The notes beneath the pieces are model-generated. The model had not been told where the DNA came from and ran no database searches. It saw only the letters and a list, made by a program, of their open reading frames with translations. The translations under genes and the position numbers were made by a program. A stretch of DNA of 64,000 nucleotides from Dudresnaya verticillata (lineage: Eukaryota). The stretch covers positions 1,612,001 to 1,676,000 of the forward strand of contig OZ374558.1 of NCBI GenBank assembly GCA_977862235.1. Direction: 5' to 3'. Shown piece by piece: positions 34,001 to 44,721 of this stretch (its first letter is position 1; each line of letters opens with the position of its first letter).

Positions 34001-35436
34001 CTGTTGCTCTCTCAACTTGCGAGTCGGAGTACTATGCAATGACTCTGGCTGCGAAAGAGACGGTTTGGGTCACGCGAGTGCTGAAGGAGGCCGACTTGAA
34101 CGTCGAAGGCCCCGTTCCATTGAGATCAGACAACCAGTCTGCCATCAATTGGGCTACTGGAGAACGCTGTCCGTCTGGTCGTGCCAAGCATATCGACGTT
34201 CGTGTTCACTTCATTCGCGAGCTTGTCGCCGACTCTGTTCTGGAAGTGGTGTATGTGCCGTCAGAAGACAACGACGCGGACTTGCTGACAAAGCCACTCG
34301 GGCCCACTTTGCTCAATAGGATTCTACCAAGGGTTGGACTTGGAGGAGCCATCGAGGAGGAGTGTTGAGGACATGGTCGCTGGCGCCTCACGTCACGGGT
34401 CAGGCACCCCAGATGGCACCCTGGCACGCTGTCACCAAACCTTCCGGAGACGACAGCCCTTTTTCCGGGCTTCCAAAATCACGGCGCATTTAGGCCTTTT
34501 GCAAAAGCAACGTGAAACGGGCTTCTGATTGGTTGTTACAAACCGCCTCCATGGTCCATATGGCTTACAAGTGTTGTGCTGGAATTGGCGGTTATAACAG
34601 GAACGGCCAAGTGGAACGATCTGATTGGACCACATGGATGCACGTGGTATGGCATGGAATGGTGTTGGTATGACTCGCACTGTACTCCACAAGTACACAT
34701 GAACGTGCCATGCAGTGTGCTGATGGCGTCCGAGTTGGTACTGCAGGGACTTGCGCTACGTGGAGCCTGACTTGTGATATCAGCAGATGCAGTTGTTGTG
34801 CGGCCGACACGTTGGTTTACAGTTGGCACGTAGCTGTTGTGCGGCCGACACGTTGGTTTACAGTTGGCACGTAGCTGTCGTGCGGCCGACACGTTGGTTT
34901 ACAGTTATCACGTAGCTGTCGTGCGGCCGATACGTTGGTTTACAGCTGCCACGTAGGCAAATCTGGGTGATTACGTGGTCAATGATCCAAGTTGGATATT
35001 CATGGACGGACTTGAGCTGGTAAGTGCGGCCACGTGGTGTGCAGTGTTGTCCGACAGCAGCCATGCGGGGACACTCGATACTTTCACGTTCCCGCCCAAA
35101 GTTGGAGTCCATATGGATGGCAGGAAATGCGGTCGCAAGAGGGATTGCTGATGTCAGCAGTTAGCAACACTGGTGTGCAAGTTCCCGCCCATTTTGGTGG
35201 CGGATGTGAGTGTGCTGAGAGCATGATTTGGTAGATTTAATTGCTTTACTTTTTCCCGCCCATTTGATGATAGGGATTTTGGGCGTTTCTTTAATGATTT
35301 GTTTTGTTTGTGTTCACGCAGCAACTCATCCGAAAAGCTGATATAAGCCATGTCGGATGGTCGACTGCAGTAAACGAAGTCAAGCGACTTCCATTTCTCA
35401 TCTTGTTCAACTCCAACCTCTCCATATTCCTTTTCA
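28035..35436 (+). mobile_element. Full-length copia copy F (7402 bp)
   Basis: LTRs 28035-29108 and 34363-35436 (no differences noticed), PBS 29109-29122, TSD AGTAT. Confidence 0.98.
30046..34368 (+). CDS. gag-pol: Copia gag-pol polyprotein, 1440 aa (copy F)
   Basis: Intact ORF, about 99% identical to copy B. Confidence 0.98.
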   Translation: MTDTEAEMDTSSGVKIPRFHGRRDDDYSLWRHRLRAACRIKGVWNVVHTSNDTPSSSQSTGEASADTSILHARTLAKREKACGIIISALGDAPLRVVMEVDDDPKRMLELLDSRYASSRTVSRIAVQTKLFRMTYTGQNMSNYVDQYTSLFAQLDRMGNDSAIPETHKAPMLLASIDPSCHLESTAAALRTKDAAELTWDYVATTLIDEYNAKDSHGSNTGGRSSKSKSRRKKKKKSASSGSRQQHNPLDDNDDSDDSSDIESTVRALAVALKSAKQAHSTPNRHLHCDVCDKDGHTADRCYLNPENPNNKLPPKVRQMFTNQGKKGNANSAVAASGKNNGKSAKVEIAGASVEMTTVVPPNDQGTYADSGATVHCFHSMTSFVPSSVSRCEKRTVVLADKSSVTSDLCGDVILPFEHANIRLKKALFIPQMGYNLVSTGRLADKGIESHFRRLDVRLVLDSDGYYIGSGVRDASSGMYMLPEPEPHTSEEQVLAVPSTQQTTELWHRRLAHINFRDLAKVHEHVEGVPELGSTHEVCRACRLGKAHKQSFPGHFRPAKAVGDLVHSDIVGPIQISFPDRFRYATTFLDDKSRFLVVACMRSRRMLSAAFDQASAKFIELGGAEITKLHSDGAQEYLALQKDLGGAGDSGKSFSPPYTPELNGIAERVNRTMVEAALTLLIQADLPGCLWPFALKHVNYVRNRVPHSTVGATPYSVMTGDVPDLKHLRVFGCAAYVLRLPRGSKFESRALEGVHLETLEHGIYRILVTGGDGIPRVVESRHVTFDESKFPGAPSLLEYGQDEADSDEDYESNSEASIFNSDSDDDVSLGNFEDEEDAIEVDTPSSPPLPPSEPSSFESDDTAEEENVSDNPPAGVSSDPERHQQSRYPRRQRRQTSKWFMASSAQAEQQVALTTGDEPTLREAMSATPEERGLWQSAIDDEFASLESKGTWVRDDSPGAQPLPTHAVLKVKRKSDGTVERFKARVVAGGNFQTYGEDYMETYAPVVSFSLVRMFLYLVLCLNLFVAQLDVKTAFLNGDLAEHVWVMSPRGIPGRESLCYKLLKAMYGLKQAHLAWHTKLCGDLARMMFEELPSAPCVFRRKSKSSGYAYILVYVDDLLILAPTKAERDAIVKELQGLYDLRLSEGVDLFLGVELGWKLDSDGRFVSLKMTQQVYTESVLRRFGLQNSKPACTPMVESFFTGLAAEEDKAVVSVETYQQMIGSLLYLGLRTRLDILASVLILARFQKAPTAYCHRGAKRVLRYLRGTHKHGVTYQSGTTRIQAYVDADYAGDTTDRKSMSGYMVKLGDAVCIWGSKKQSTVALSTCESEYYAMTLAAKETVWVTRVLKEADLNVEGPVPLRSDNQSAINWATGERCPSGRAKHIDVRVHFIRELVADSVLEVVYVPSEDNDADLLTKPLGPTLLNRILPRVGLGGAIEEEC

Positions 35437-35441
35437 AGTAT

Positions 35442-35952
35442 GACTGTACCGCCTGTGACGAGCGAAGCGAATGCCGCTATAGCGTCGTTGACGGTTCCAA
35501 AGGGGCCAGGGGCTCCTGCGTCATTGACGGGTGTCGGGTTAACAACGCCGAAGGCGAGTGAAGAAGCGACGCCAATCAAGGCGGTTTCTGAACTGACGCC
35601 AAAGGCGGTCGACGAGTCGTTGATTACGCTTAAAGCGGATGGGGCTGTGCCCGCGCCTAAGGCGAACGATGGCTTGAGCTCTGCGCCCGTGGCGAGTGTT
35701 ATTGCTTCATCGCCTTTGGCGGATATTGTCGCGACGACGCCGAAGGCGATTGATGAGTCGCCCATTTCGCCTGCAGCGCCTGTTATCGTCACTCCGGCAG
35801 TTGCGGTGGCAAGGCCTTTGCGGGCCGCCCCGGCTCCTGCCGTGAGTGTACCGTCGAGGACGGAGGACGACCTCTACGAAGAGGCGTTGCGTGAGTCCGC
35901 CGAAGGCGCCGAGGATGTACCACCCGATTCGTCTGCGACGAAAGAGTCTTGA
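35442..35952 (+). pseudogene. 3' part of the G2 antisense ORF
   Basis: Removing F and one AGTAT restores the frame (..KDVS-MTVPPV..). Same low-complexity composition with TPKA/PKAN repeats. Confidence 0.8.
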
Positions 35953-36251
35953 TGTCGTTTGAGCAACGGATAGCGGACGCGAGGTGCGTATTGTGTTGCC
36001 CTTCGGCTCCCTTGCGGGACCGATGAGCGGGGTATTCCCCTTCGTCTTTGACGATTAATGTAGCTGTAGTGGTCGATTGCTAGGGCGAGGGGCTGTCCCC
36101 ATTTGTTTTTAGCCCAGTAAACTTCGGCCATTGTCAGCGTCTTTGTGTGTCGCGTTTCGCGTTGGCCTTAGGGTGTGACTTGTGATCCACTTTCGACTTT
36201 GCGTCGTGTTCTTGGTTGCCCGCTACAGTAGCGTTGGCGTTCGGTGCCATT

Positions 36252-39200
36252 TGAAAAGGAATATGGAGAGGTTGAAGTTGAACAAGATGAGAAATGGAAG
36301 TCGCTTGACTTCGTTTACTGCAGTCGACAATCCGACATGGCTTATATCAGCTTTTCGGATGAGTTGCTGCGTGAACACAAACAAAACAAATCATTAAAGA
36401 TACGCCCAAAATCCCTATTATCAAATGGGCGGGAAAAAGTAAAGCAATTAAATCTACCAAATCATACTCTCAGCACACTCACATCCGCCACCAAAATGGG
36501 CGGGAACTTGCACACCAGTGTTGCTAACTGCTGACATCAGCAATCCCTCTTGCGACCGCATTTCCTGCCATCCATATGTACTCCAACTTTGGGCGGGAAC
36601 GTGAAAGTATCGAGTGTCCCCGCATGGCTGCTGTCGGACAACGCCGCACACCACGTGGCCGCACTTACCAGCTCAAGTCCGTCCATGAATATCCAACTTG
36701 GATCATTGACCATGTACTCACCCAGACTTGCCTACGTGGCAGCTGTAAACCAACGTGTCGGCCGCACGACAGCTACGTGGCAACTGTAAACCAACGTGTC
36801 GGCCGCACGACACCTACGTGGCAACTGTAAACCAACGTGTCGGCCGCACGACAGCTACGTGCCAACTGTAAACCAACGTGTCGGCCGCACAACAACTGCA
36901 TCTGCTGATATCACAAGTCAGGCTCCACGTAGCGCAAGTCCCTGCAGTACCAACTCAGACGCCATCAGCACATTGCATGGCACGTTCATGTGTACTTGTG
37001 GAGTACAGTGCGCGTCATACCAGTACCATTCCATGCCATACCACGTGCATCCATGTGGTCCAATCAGATCGTTCCACTTGGCCGTTCCTGTTATAACCGC
37101 CAATTCCAGCACAACACTTGTAACCCATATAGACCATGGAGGCGGTTTGTAACAACCAATCAGAAGCCCGTTTCACGTTGCTTTTGCAAAAGGCCTAAAT
37201 GCGCCGTGATTTTGGAAGCCCGGAAAAAGGGCTGTCGTCTCCGGAAGGTTTGGTGACAGCGTGCCAGGGTGCCATCTGGGGTACCTGACCCGTGACGTGA
37301 GGCGCCAGCGACCATGTCCTCAACACTCCTCCTCGATGGCTCCTCCAAGTCCAACCCTTGGTAGAATCCTATTGAGCAAAGTGGGCCCGAGTGGCTTTGT
37401 CAGCAAGTCCGCGTCGTTGTCTTCTGACGGCACATACACCACTTCCAGAACAGAGTCGGCGACAAGTTCGCGAATGAAGTGAACACGAACGTCGATATGC
37501 TTGGCACGACCAGACGGACAGCGTTCTCCAGTAGCCCAATTGATGGCAGACTGGTTGTCTGATCTCAATGGAACCGGGCCTTCGACGTTCAGGTCAGCCT
37601 CCTTCCGCACTCGGGTGACCCAAACCGTCTCTTTCGCAGCCAGAGTCATTGCATAGTACTCCGACTCGCAAGTTGAGAGAGCAACAGTTGACTGCTTCTT
37701 GGATCCCCAAATACACACTGCATCTCCCAGTTTCACCATGTAACCAGACATAGATTTTCGGTCTGTGGTGTCACCGGCATAGTCAGCGTCCACATAAGCT
37801 TGGATACGAGTGGTTCCGGACTGGTACGTAACTCCATGCTTGTGAGTGCCTCGGAGATATCGCAGAACCCTCTTTGCACCGCGGTGACAGTACGCAGTTG
37901 GAGCCTTCTGGAACCGTGCGAGGATAAGCACAGAGGCCAAAATGTCCAGCCTTGTGCGAAGCCCCAAGTACAGAAGTGACCCGATCATCTGCTGGTACGT
38001 CTCAACCGACACGACGGCCTTGTCCTCTTCGGCGGCAAGTCCAGTGAAGAAAGACTCAACCATCGGCGTACAAGCCGGCTTAGAGTTCTGAAGTCCAAAT
38101 CGACGAAGAACACTTTCCGTGTAGACCTGTTGAGTCATCTTGAGGGACACAAATCTGCCATCAGAGTCTAGCTTCCATCCAAGCTCGACTCCGAGGAAGA
38201 GGTCAACCCCTTCAGACAGCCGTAGATCGTAGAGGCCCTGCAGTTCCTTAACAATGGCGTCTCTCTCCGCCTTTGTGGGCGCGAGGATGAGCAAGTCATC
38301 AACGTACACCAAGATGTATGCGTATCCAGAAGACTTGGATTTGCGACGAAACACGCAAGGTGCACTTGGCAATTCCTCAAACATCATCCTAGCAAGGTCA
38401 CCACACAGCTTGGTGTGCCAAGCTAGGTGAGCCTGTTTTAGCCCATACATAGCTTTCAGAAGTTTGTAACAGAGAGATTCCCTTCCAGGAATCCCACGCG
38501 GTGACATTACCCACATGTGTTCTGCCAGATCACCATTCAGGAAAGCCGTCTTCACGTCTAGCTGTGCAACAAACAGGTTCAAACACAGTACCAAGTATAG
38601 GAACATGCGCACCAGCGAGAACGACACAACTGGGGCGTATGTTTCCATGTAGTCTTCACCATACGTCTGGAAGTTTCCACCAGCGACGACCCGCGCTTTG
38701 AAGCGCTCGACCGTCCCGTCGGACTTGCGTTTAACTTTCAGCACGGCGTGCGTTGGAAGCGGCTGTGCATCGGGACTGTCATCACGGACCCAAGTGCCTT
38801 TGGATTCCAAGGATGCGAACTCATCATCAATGGCAGATTGCCACAACCCGCGCTCCTCCGGAGTGGCAGACATGGCCTCTCGAAGAGTGGGCTCATCTCC
38901 AGTTGTGAGGGCAACCTGTTGTTCAGCTTGTGCAGAGCTTGCCATAAACCATTTCGACGTCTGGCGACGTTGGCGACGAGGATATCGACTCTGTTGGTGG
39001 CGTTCTGGGTCTGAACTCACACCAGCCGGAGGATTGTCAGAGACGTTTTCTTCCTCAGCCGTGTCATCAGATTCGAATGAGCTGGGTTCTGATGGAGGTA
39101 GTGGAGGTGAAGAAGGTGTGTCAACTTCAATTGCATCCTCTTCATCCTCAAAGTTACCCAGCGATACATCGTCATCAGAGTCCGAGTTGAAAATAGAGGC

Positions 39201-42200
39201 CTCTGAGTTAGACTCGTAATCTTCATCCGAATCTGCCTCGTCCTGCCCATATTCCAACAGGCTTGGAGCACCCGGGAATTTGGACTCGTCGAATGTGACA
39301 TGCCGCGACTCAACCACACGAGGTATACCGTCACCGCCAGTGACCAATATCCTGTAGATCCCATGCTCTAGAGTCTCCAAGTGCACCCCCTCAAGTGCAC
39401 GAGACTCGAACTTGGATCCGCGTGGGAGCCTTAGGACATATGCAGCACATCCAAACACTCTTAAATGTTTTAAATCAGGAACATCACCTGTCATGACCGA
39501 GTATGGCGTAGCCCCAACGGTTGAGTGTGGTACCCTATTGCGCACGTAGTTGACATGCTTCAGTGCAAACGGCCACAAACATCCCGGTAGATCAGCCTGG
39601 ATCAGCAAAGTCAGGGCAGCTTCCACCATGGTTCGGTTCACCCTTTCCGCGACTCCATTGAGCTCCGGAGTATAAGGTGGGGAGAAGGATTTGCCACTGT
39701 CTCCAACTCCTCCCAAATCTTTCTGCAAAGCCAAATACTCCTGAGCCCCGTCTGAGTGGAGTTTTGTTATTTCCGCTCCTCCAAGCTCGATAAACTTTGC
39801 TGAAGCTTGATCAAATGCTGCACTCAACATACAGCGACTTCTCATACATGCGACGACCAAGAAACGGGATTTATCATCCAGAAACGTCGTGGCATACCGG
39901 AAACGATCGGGAAAGGAGATCTCGATTGGACCAACAATATCGGAATGCACGAGATCACCGACAGCTTTGGCCGGGCGGAAGTGCCCTGGGAATGATTGTT
40001 TGTGTGCTTTCCCAAGTCTACAAGCCCGACACACTTCATGAGTGGAGCCCAACTCCGGAACACCCTCAACATGCTCGTGCACTTTGGCCAAGTCCCGAAA
40101 ATTAATGTGGGCAAGACGTCGATGCCACAGCTCAGTAGTTTGCTGCGTGCTGGGGACAGCCAGTACTTGCTCCTCCGAAGTGTGCGGCTCGGGTTCTGGT
40201 AGCATGTACATTCCAGAACTCGCATCGCGAACACCGGATCCAATATAGTACCCATCAGAGTCGAGTACCAAGCGCACGTCCAAGCGGCGAAAGTGGGATT
40301 CAATTCCTTTATCTGCCAAACGCCCAGTAGAGACAAGATTGTATCCCATCTGCGGGATGAAGAGGGCCTTCTTGAGCCGAATATTAGCATGCTCAAACGG
40401 CAGAATCACATCTCCACATAGGTCTGAGGTGACAGACGACTTGTCCGCAAGCACTACAGTACGCTTTTCGCAGCGCGATACTGAGCTCGGTACAAAAGAA
40501 GTCATTGAGTGGAAGCAATGCACAGTTGCTCCACTGTCGGCATACGTTCCTTGGTCGTTCGGAGGAACAACAGTAGTCATCTCAACCGATGCACCGGCGA
40601 TTTCTACCTTTGCAGATTTACCATTGTTCTTACCAGATGCAGCTACCGCCGAGTTGGCGTTGCCCTTTTTGCCCTGGTTGGTGAACATCTGTCGCACCTT
40701 TGGAGGAAGCTTGTTGTTAGGATTTTCCGGATTGAGATAGCATCGATCCGCGGTGTGTCCATCCTTGTCGCAAACATCACAGTGAAGGTGCCGGTTCGGG
40801 GTGGAGTGAGCCTGCTTGGCGGACTTGAGTGCAACCGCCAACGCACGGACGGTAGATTCAATATCAGAAGAGTCATCGGAGTCGTCGTTGTCATCCAGCG
40901 GGTTGTGTTGCTGGCGAGAACCTGACGACGCGGACTTCTTTTTCTTCTTCCGACGACTCTTCGACTTACTGGATCTCCCACCTGCGTTTGATCCATGAGA
41001 ATCTTTGGCGTTGTACTCATCGATCAGCGTGGTTGCGACGTAGTCCCAAGTCAGCTCAGCAGCATCTTTGGTGCGAAGAGCTGCAGCTGTTGACTCCAGG
41101 TGGCAGGACGGATCAATGGAAGCAAGCAGCATAGGTGCCTTATGTGTCTCCGGTATCGCCGAGTCGTTGCCCATGCGGTCAAGTTGGGCGAACAGTGACG
41201 TGTACTGGTCGACATAGCTGGACATATTCTGACCGGTGTACGTCATACGGAATAGCTTGGTCTGTACGGCGATACGGGATACGGTTCGACTGGACGCATA
41301 GCGCGAGTCCAATAGCTCCAGCATGCGTTTGGGGTCATCATCAACCTCCATAACGACACGAAGCGGAGCATCACCAAGTGCGGAGATAATGATCCCGCAA
41401 GCCTTCTCACGTTTGGCCAAGGTTCTGGCGTGAAGAATGGAAGTATCCGCTGAGGCCTCTCCAGTTGACTGTGAGCTGCTCGGTGTGTCGTTTGAGGTGT
41501 GGACAACATTCCAAACCCCTTTGATGCGGCATGCGGCACGAAGGCGATGACGCCAGAGACTGTAGTCGTCACCTCTCCTGCCGTGGAAACGGGGTATCTT
41601 GACCCCGCTCGAAGTATCCATCTCGGCTTCGGTATCAGTCATCGCTGTTGGGACTGATGCTGAGAAGAGATAACTTGAATAGTTTTAGAAAACTTGGTGA
41701 ACTTGGGGCAGTGCTGTTAGTGCAACAGTGTCGATGCCCAGAGGGTAATAGTCGTGTTAAGCAGAGCAGTGCAGCTCACACAACGAAGACGTGACGACGA
41801 AACTGAGAAATGTGTCGAACACGTCGGTAATATAAGACAGTCACAAGCGGAGCACACTTTGCCAAGTAGCTCCCACACTTGGAGTAATGAAACTCTCAGG
41901 TGATGATGGGATCACCTGGACTGAAGAAGAAAAGTTGAAACTTGAAGTTGAAAAGTTGATTCTTGATAGTTGAACGTCCTTTTGACGCGGGATGTTCTGG
42001 CACCAGGTTCTACCTAGTCACCCCTAGGAGTCGGACTCCTGGCCCCCGGATATGATTCTCCGGGTGAAATGCGTCTTTCAGCAGCCCTTTCGTGTCGTGC
42101 GCACACAGACACGAAGTATGCAATCCTTACGAGACGTCCACCTTATGGGTACTAACTCAAAACAAGTGTTCACCACACGAACAGGTCCAGTCTCTTGCAG

Positions 42201-43652
42201 GAATGGAACTAGGCCCAACCGTGTCAAGGTTCTGGATCTTACTGGAGGCTGCTCCCCTAGGCCAACGAGGTCCTGACTTAACGAGAGTCACCACGCACAA
42301 CACTCAACCTCTCAGCAAGCTCACGGACCAAGACAACAGCGGACGAGAGCCTCGAGAACTCTCTCACAAAATCAGAGACACAAGCCGACACAGTGGGATA
42401 GGGACCACTTTCAACAGACAACAAGCAGACAGGACAGGACACAAGCCGACAGGACAGGACACAAGCAGACAGGACAGGCCAGGACGGGACAGGACAGTAT
42501 CAAGAATGAAAAGAAAAAGGAAGAAGGTTGCAGCGAAGCGATGAAGTCTGCGTAGGTCGACCTTCTGGGCCCATAACCTGAAAAGGAATATGGAGAGGTT
42601 GAAGTTGAACAAGATGAGAAATGGAAGTCGCTTGACTTCGTTTACTGCAGTCGACAATCCGACATGGCTTATATCAGCTTTTCGGATGAGTTGCTGCGTG
42701 AACACAAACAAAACAAATCATTAAAGATACGCCCAAAATCCCTATTATCAAATGGGCGGGAAAAAGTAAAGCAATTAAATCTACCAAATCATACTCTCAG
42801 CACACTCACATCCGCCACCAAAATGGGCGGGAACTTGCACACCAGTGTTGCTAACTGCTGACATCAGCAATCCCTCTTGCGACCGCATTTCCTGCCATCC
42901 ATATGTACTCCAACTTTGGGCGGGAACGTGAAAGTATCGAGTGTCCCCGCATGGCTGCTGTCGGACAACGCCGCACACCACGTGGCCGCACTTACCAGCT
43001 CAAGTCCGTCCATGAATATCCAACTTGGATCATTGACCATGTACTCACCCAGACTTGCCTACGTGGCAGCTGTAAACCAACGTGTCGGCCGCACGACAGC
43101 TACGTGGCAACTGTAAACCAACGTGTCGGCCGCACGACACCTACGTGGCAACTGTAAACCAACGTGTCGGCCGCACGACAGCTACGTGCCAACTGTAAAC
43201 CAACGTGTCGGCCGCACAACAACTGCATCTGCTGATATCACAAGTCAGGCTCCACGTAGCGCAAGTCCCTGCAGTACCAACTCAGACGCCATCAGCACAT
43301 TGCATGGCACGTTCATGTGTACTTGTGGAGTACAGTGCGCGTCATACCAGTACCATTCCATGCCATACCACGTGCATCCATGTGGTCCAATCAGATCGTT
43401 CCACTTGGCCGTTCCTGTTATAACCGCCAATTCCAGCACAACACTTGTAACCCATATAGACCATGGAGGCGGTTTGTAACAACCAATCAGAAGCCCGTTT
43501 CACGTTGCTTTTGCAAAAGGCCTAAATGCGCCGTGATTTTGGAAGCCCGGAAAAAGGGCTGTCGTCTCCGGAAGGTTTGGTGACAGCGTGCCAGGGTGCC
43601 ATCTGGGGTACCTGACCCGTGACGTGAGGCGCCAGCGACCATGTCCTCAACA
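36252..43652 (-). mobile_element. Full-length copia copy H (7401 bp)
   Basis: LTRs 36252-37325 and 42579-43652 (no differences noticed), PBS 42565-42578, TSD CCATT. Confidence 0.98.
37320..41642 (-). CDS. gag-pol: Copia gag-pol polyprotein, 1440 aa (copy H)
   Basis: Intact ORF with all motifs. Confidence 0.98.
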   Translation of the reverse strand: MTDTEAEMDTSSGVKIPRFHGRRGDDYSLWRHRLRAACRIKGVWNVVHTSNDTPSSSQSTGEASADTSILHARTLAKREKACGIIISALGDAPLRVVMEVDDDPKRMLELLDSRYASSRTVSRIAVQTKLFRMTYTGQNMSSYVDQYTSLFAQLDRMGNDSAIPETHKAPMLLASIDPSCHLESTAAALRTKDAAELTWDYVATTLIDEYNAKDSHGSNAGGRSSKSKSRRKKKKKSASSGSRQQHNPLDDNDDSDDSSDIESTVRALAVALKSAKQAHSTPNRHLHCDVCDKDGHTADRCYLNPENPNNKLPPKVRQMFTNQGKKGNANSAVAASGKNNGKSAKVEIAGASVEMTTVVPPNDQGTYADSGATVHCFHSMTSFVPSSVSRCEKRTVVLADKSSVTSDLCGDVILPFEHANIRLKKALFIPQMGYNLVSTGRLADKGIESHFRRLDVRLVLDSDGYYIGSGVRDASSGMYMLPEPEPHTSEEQVLAVPSTQQTTELWHRRLAHINFRDLAKVHEHVEGVPELGSTHEVCRACRLGKAHKQSFPGHFRPAKAVGDLVHSDIVGPIEISFPDRFRYATTFLDDKSRFLVVACMRSRCMLSAAFDQASAKFIELGGAEITKLHSDGAQEYLALQKDLGGVGDSGKSFSPPYTPELNGVAERVNRTMVEAALTLLIQADLPGCLWPFALKHVNYVRNRVPHSTVGATPYSVMTGDVPDLKHLRVFGCAAYVLRLPRGSKFESRALEGVHLETLEHGIYRILVTGGDGIPRVVESRHVTFDESKFPGAPSLLEYGQDEADSDEDYESNSEASIFNSDSDDDVSLGNFEDEEDAIEVDTPSSPPLPPSEPSSFESDDTAEEENVSDNPPAGVSSDPERHQQSRYPRRQRRQTSKWFMASSAQAEQQVALTTGDEPTLREAMSATPEERGLWQSAIDDEFASLESKGTWVRDDSPDAQPLPTHAVLKVKRKSDGTVERFKARVVAGGNFQTYGEDYMETYAPVVSFSLVRMFLYLVLCLNLFVAQLDVKTAFLNGDLAEHMWVMSPRGIPGRESLCYKLLKAMYGLKQAHLAWHTKLCGDLARMMFEELPSAPCVFRRKSKSSGYAYILVYVDDLLILAPTKAERDAIVKELQGLYDLRLSEGVDLFLGVELGWKLDSDGRFVSLKMTQQVYTESVLRRFGLQNSKPACTPMVESFFTGLAAEEDKAVVSVETYQQMIGSLLYLGLRTRLDILASVLILARFQKAPTAYCHRGAKRVLRYLRGTHKHGVTYQSGTTRIQAYVDADYAGDTTDRKSMSGYMVKLGDAVCIWGSKKQSTVALSTCESEYYAMTLAAKETVWVTRVRKEADLNVEGPVPLRSDNQSAINWATGERCPSGRAKHIDVRVHFIRELVADSVLEVVYVPSEDNDADLLTKPLGPTLLNRILPRVGLGGAIEEEC

Positions 43653-43789
43653 CCATTGGCCTTAGCCGTGCGTTGGTACTTGGCTTTGTTTGCCCAGTAG
43701 GGTCCGCTGTAGTAGCGTTGTTCTTCGTGTTTCACGCGCGGCGTTGGCGTATTTCCGCTTACTTAGCGTTTTTTGTAATTCATGTGTCG

Positions 43790-43903
43790 CACTGCGCCTT
43801 GGGCGTGGTTTGTCGGGTCACTGCGCCTTGGGCGTGGTTTGTCGGGTCACTGCGCCTTGGGCGTGGTTTGCCGGGTCACTGCGCCTTGGGCGTGGTTTGT
43901 CGG
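43790..43903. repeat. 29-bp tandem repeat x4 in the G2 3' region
   Basis: CACTGCGCCTTGGGCGTGGTTTG(T/C)CGGGT. Confidence 0.93.
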
Positions 43904-44721
43904 CATCCTTGACGATGGTCGCGAAGGCGGTGAGGTAGGTTTTTGATGCCTCGGCGTTGCCGCCCCTTTCGTCTTCGACGTTCCTCGTTGTGGGTAGGGT
44001 AGAGTTGTCGGTCGCGCTCGCGCGACTGCGACGCGGCGGCCGCAGGCAGCGGCGGAGTCGTTGGCGATTTGTTGGCGCGTCGTGCACGGAACCCGTAGCA
44101 ACTGCGTCTTCGACCACATCCCCCCCTCCTTCGCGGGTGGGTTTGTCGGTGCGCCCCTTCTCGGCGAGTTACGTCGGAGATGTTCGACGGGTCTTGCGCG
44201 CGAGACCGTGGCCGGCAGGGTGGCGGTCCCGGGGACTTGGCCATGGGGCGAGTGCCCGTCTCGACGTCGGAGATGGTGGTTGTGCGCTGCCACTTGCGCC
44301 TGGCGTCGCTGGGGCTCGTAGCACCTGCTCAGCCGCTTGGCATGATTGCGTTCGTCGTGCGTTGCCGGCGGGGTGGTGCGCGCTGCCGTGTTTGGAAATT
44401 AAAATTTGACCGATTACTGCCTCCTATTACCCGAGGGGCGCCGGTGGCGGATCTCGATTTGCAATCTGGATCACTGTCAACAGCGCACCCATCCAGAGGT
44501 TCCGTATGGGGGCTGCTGCGAGGTGGCGTGCGCGAGGCTGTCTATGACGCAACGACTTGCGTTCGCGTTCGTCCATGGCGTGCACACGTGGTTGGCGCTG
44601 TCGCTCTGGCGACCGCGTCCACAGGCTATGGGTTGAGCTTCCGCGCCTTTGGTGATCGTAGGTCGAGCACGCGGTCTCGATCGTCCGTCCATTCGCTTCC
44701 AGCGGTATTTCCGGATTAGGG

